A DNA stretch of 64,000 bases. Origin: Haliotis rubra (taxonomy: Eukaryota). Where the stretch lies: assembly GCF_003918875.1 (NCBI RefSeq), contig NW_025767046.1, positions 3,410,001 to 3,474,000 on the forward strand, written 5' to 3'. A model generated the notes under the pieces. It did not search any database. It saw nothing but the letters and a program-made list of their open reading frames with translations, and was not told the DNA's origin. Both the position numbers and the translations under genes were made by a program. Below, piece after piece: positions 61,457 to 64,000 of the stretch (its first letter is position 1; each line of letters starts with the position of its first letter).

Positions 61457-63955
61457 GAGTGAGTGAGTGGGTTTACTTTTACGCCGCACTCAGCAATATG
61501 GCGGCGGTCTGTAAATAATCGAGTCTGGGCCAGACAATCCAGTGATCAACAGCAAGAGAATCGATCTGCGCAATTGGGAACCGATGACATGTGTCAACCA
61601 AGTCAGCGAGCCTGACCACCCGATCCCGTTAGTCGCCTCTTACGACAAGCATGGGTTACTGAAGGTTCATTTTAACCCGGACCGTCACGGGTCATAAGCA
61701 GATTGAAGACCAGGTATCAATAAACCCAAAATGACGACGATCCACCCTGACTTGTGGTGTCCAAGGTCAGCGACAAAAGTAGGTCCGACTGATCAGAGAC
61801 TCTACGGAATCGGCCCTCAAACGGCCAATCAAATTGCGTCAAAGCTTCATCAGGTTACTGGTGTACGACTTCCGGGTCAGACGATTAGAAATCGTCTACA
61901 TGCTGCTCATCTCCCTGCCCGACGCCCAGGTGATGTGTCGTCCCTTACAATTGTTGTTTGTTGTTTAACACCGCACTCGGCAATTTCCAGTTTTACGACA
62001 GCGGTCTGTAAATAATCGAGACCAGACAATCCAGTGATCAACAGCATGAGCATCGATCTACCCAACTGGGATACGGTGACGTGTCAACCAGGTCAGCGAG
62101 CCTGACCAACCGATCCCGTTAGTCATCTGTTACTACAAGCATGGGTTGCTGGAGACCAATTATAACCCAGATCACGGGTCAATTATAGTTCAAAAGCTTT
62201 ACATTTGAAACATATATCTACACAGGTATAAACGTAAGACCTGTAGGAAATGTGACGGTATAAACTGAGTGGACATTTATTACATATATATGTATATGAT
62301 TTTCGAAGGACGTACAAAATACGGAGACTGACACACTGCTACTTCAAATTATATTATTTAATAGTAAAAAGGCAAAATTGTACATACATATTACACAAAT
62401 GGTACGTTCATCACAGGTGATAATAAATAATTATTTGGCATGGATTCTAAATGTTTTAATCACAAATTAAATCATGCGAAGAATGACAAGAAATCTGATA
62501 TGTTAACAAATCTGTAGTTTACAACACGTGAACGAAATATTGAAAAGAAAATACTTTCGAATAATTGTTATTTCATAACAATAGCAACATACCCTCAACA
62601 AGAGAAAACAGTAGATTTAGTGACCTGTGCTGGACACATCACGTGGTCTACTCGAGAACAATTGACAACCATCTTGTCTCGAATGGGGAATAACTGTATC
62701 TCGGCTTGGAGTGAGTGCATTTAGTTTTACGCCGCACTCAGCAATATTCCAGCTATATCTGTAAATAATCGAGTCTGGGCCAGACAATCCAGTGATCAAC
62801 AGCATGAGAATCGATCTGCGCAATTGGGAACCGATGACATGTGTCAACCAAGTCAGCGAGCCTGACCACCCGATCCCGTTAGTCGCCTCTTACGACAAGC
62901 ATAGGTTACTGAAGACTCATTCTAACCCGGACCGTCACGGGTCATAAGCAGATTGAAGACCAGGTATCAATAAACCCAAAATGACGACGATCCACCCTGC
63001 TTGTGGTGTCCAAGGTCAGCGACAAAAGTAGGTCCGACTGATCAGAGACCTGGCTCTACGGAATCGGCCCTCAAACGGCCAATCAAATTGCGTCAAAGCT
63101 TCATCAGGTCACTGGTGTACGACTTCCGGGTCAGACCATGCTGCTCATCTCCCTGCCCGACGCCCAGGTGTTGTGTCGTCCCTTACAATTGTTGTTTAAC
63201 ACCGCACTCGGCAATTTCCAGTTTTACGACAGCGGTCTGTAAATAATCGAGACCAGACAATCCAGTGATCAACAGCATGAGCATCGATCTACCCAATTGG
63301 GATACGGTGACGTGTGTCAACCAGGTCAGCGAGCCTGACCAACCGATCCCGTTAGTCATCTGTTACGACAAGCATGGGTTGCTGGAGACCAATTATAACC
63401 CAGATCACGGGTCAAAGTGAATAGCTATCCCTTTATAGTTCAAAAGCTTTACATTTGAAAAATATATCTACACAGGTATAAACGTAAGACCTGTAGGAAA
63501 TGTGACGGTATAAACTGAGTGGACATTTATGACATATATATGTATATGATTCAAGGACGTACAAAATACGGAGACTGACACACTGCTACTTCAAATTATA
63601 TTATTTAATAATAAAAGGCAAGAATTGTACATATATATTACACAAATGGTACGTTCATCACAGGTGATAATAAATAATTATTTGGCATGGATTCTAAATG
63701 TTTTAATCACAAATTAAATCATGCGAAGAATGACAAGAAATCTGATATGTTAACAAATCTGTAGTTTACAACACGTGAACGAAATATTGAAAAGAAAATA
63801 CTTTCGAATAATTGTTATTTCATAACAATAGCAACATACCCTCAACAAGAGAAAACAGTAGATTTAGTGACCTGTGCTGGACACATCACGTGGTCTACTC
63901 GAGAACACTTGACAACCGTCTTGTCTCGAATGGGGAATAACTGTATCTCGGCTTG
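61457..63955. repeat. Tandem duplication of a ~1.25-kb unit (SINE B, Tc1 relic, SINE B, AT-rich DNA)
   Basis: 61457-62708 and 62709-63955 are near-identical; each holds a Tc1 HTH relic (TANQIASKLHQVTGVRLPGQTIRNRLHAAHLPARRP in copy 1). Confidence 0.88.
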
Positions 63956-64000
63956 AATCGAACGGCAGACAACTGGATCTGGGTTTATAGTCCCCTGGAC

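Overview
AT-rich, repeat-dense eukaryotic genomic DNA. The spliceosomal introns, SINE families and MITEs point to an invertebrate, probably a mollusc; abalone-like is an inference from the repeat content only. Protein-coding content: (i) one ankyrin-repeat/SOCS-box (ASB-type) gene with an uninterrupted CDS on + (18097-19359); (ii) convergent with it, a tandem array of four intron-containing NADAR (YbiA/RibX-like N-glycosidase, guanine-ADP-ribose hydrolase family) genes on - (about 27.7-59.3 kb), encoding five NADAR domains. All five domains share the same exon layout: phase-1 intron, an invariant 152-nt middle exon, then a phase-0 intron. The most upstream gene is a NADAR-NADAR fusion whose first domain has lost conserved motif residues. 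All four predicted products carry NLS-like basic motifs and/or poly-Lys tracts. The rest of the window is SINEs (four families), nested TIR MITEs, Tc1 and LINE relics, satellites, a triplicated promoter/first-exon cassette and two assembly gaps (52437-52725, 53834-53975).
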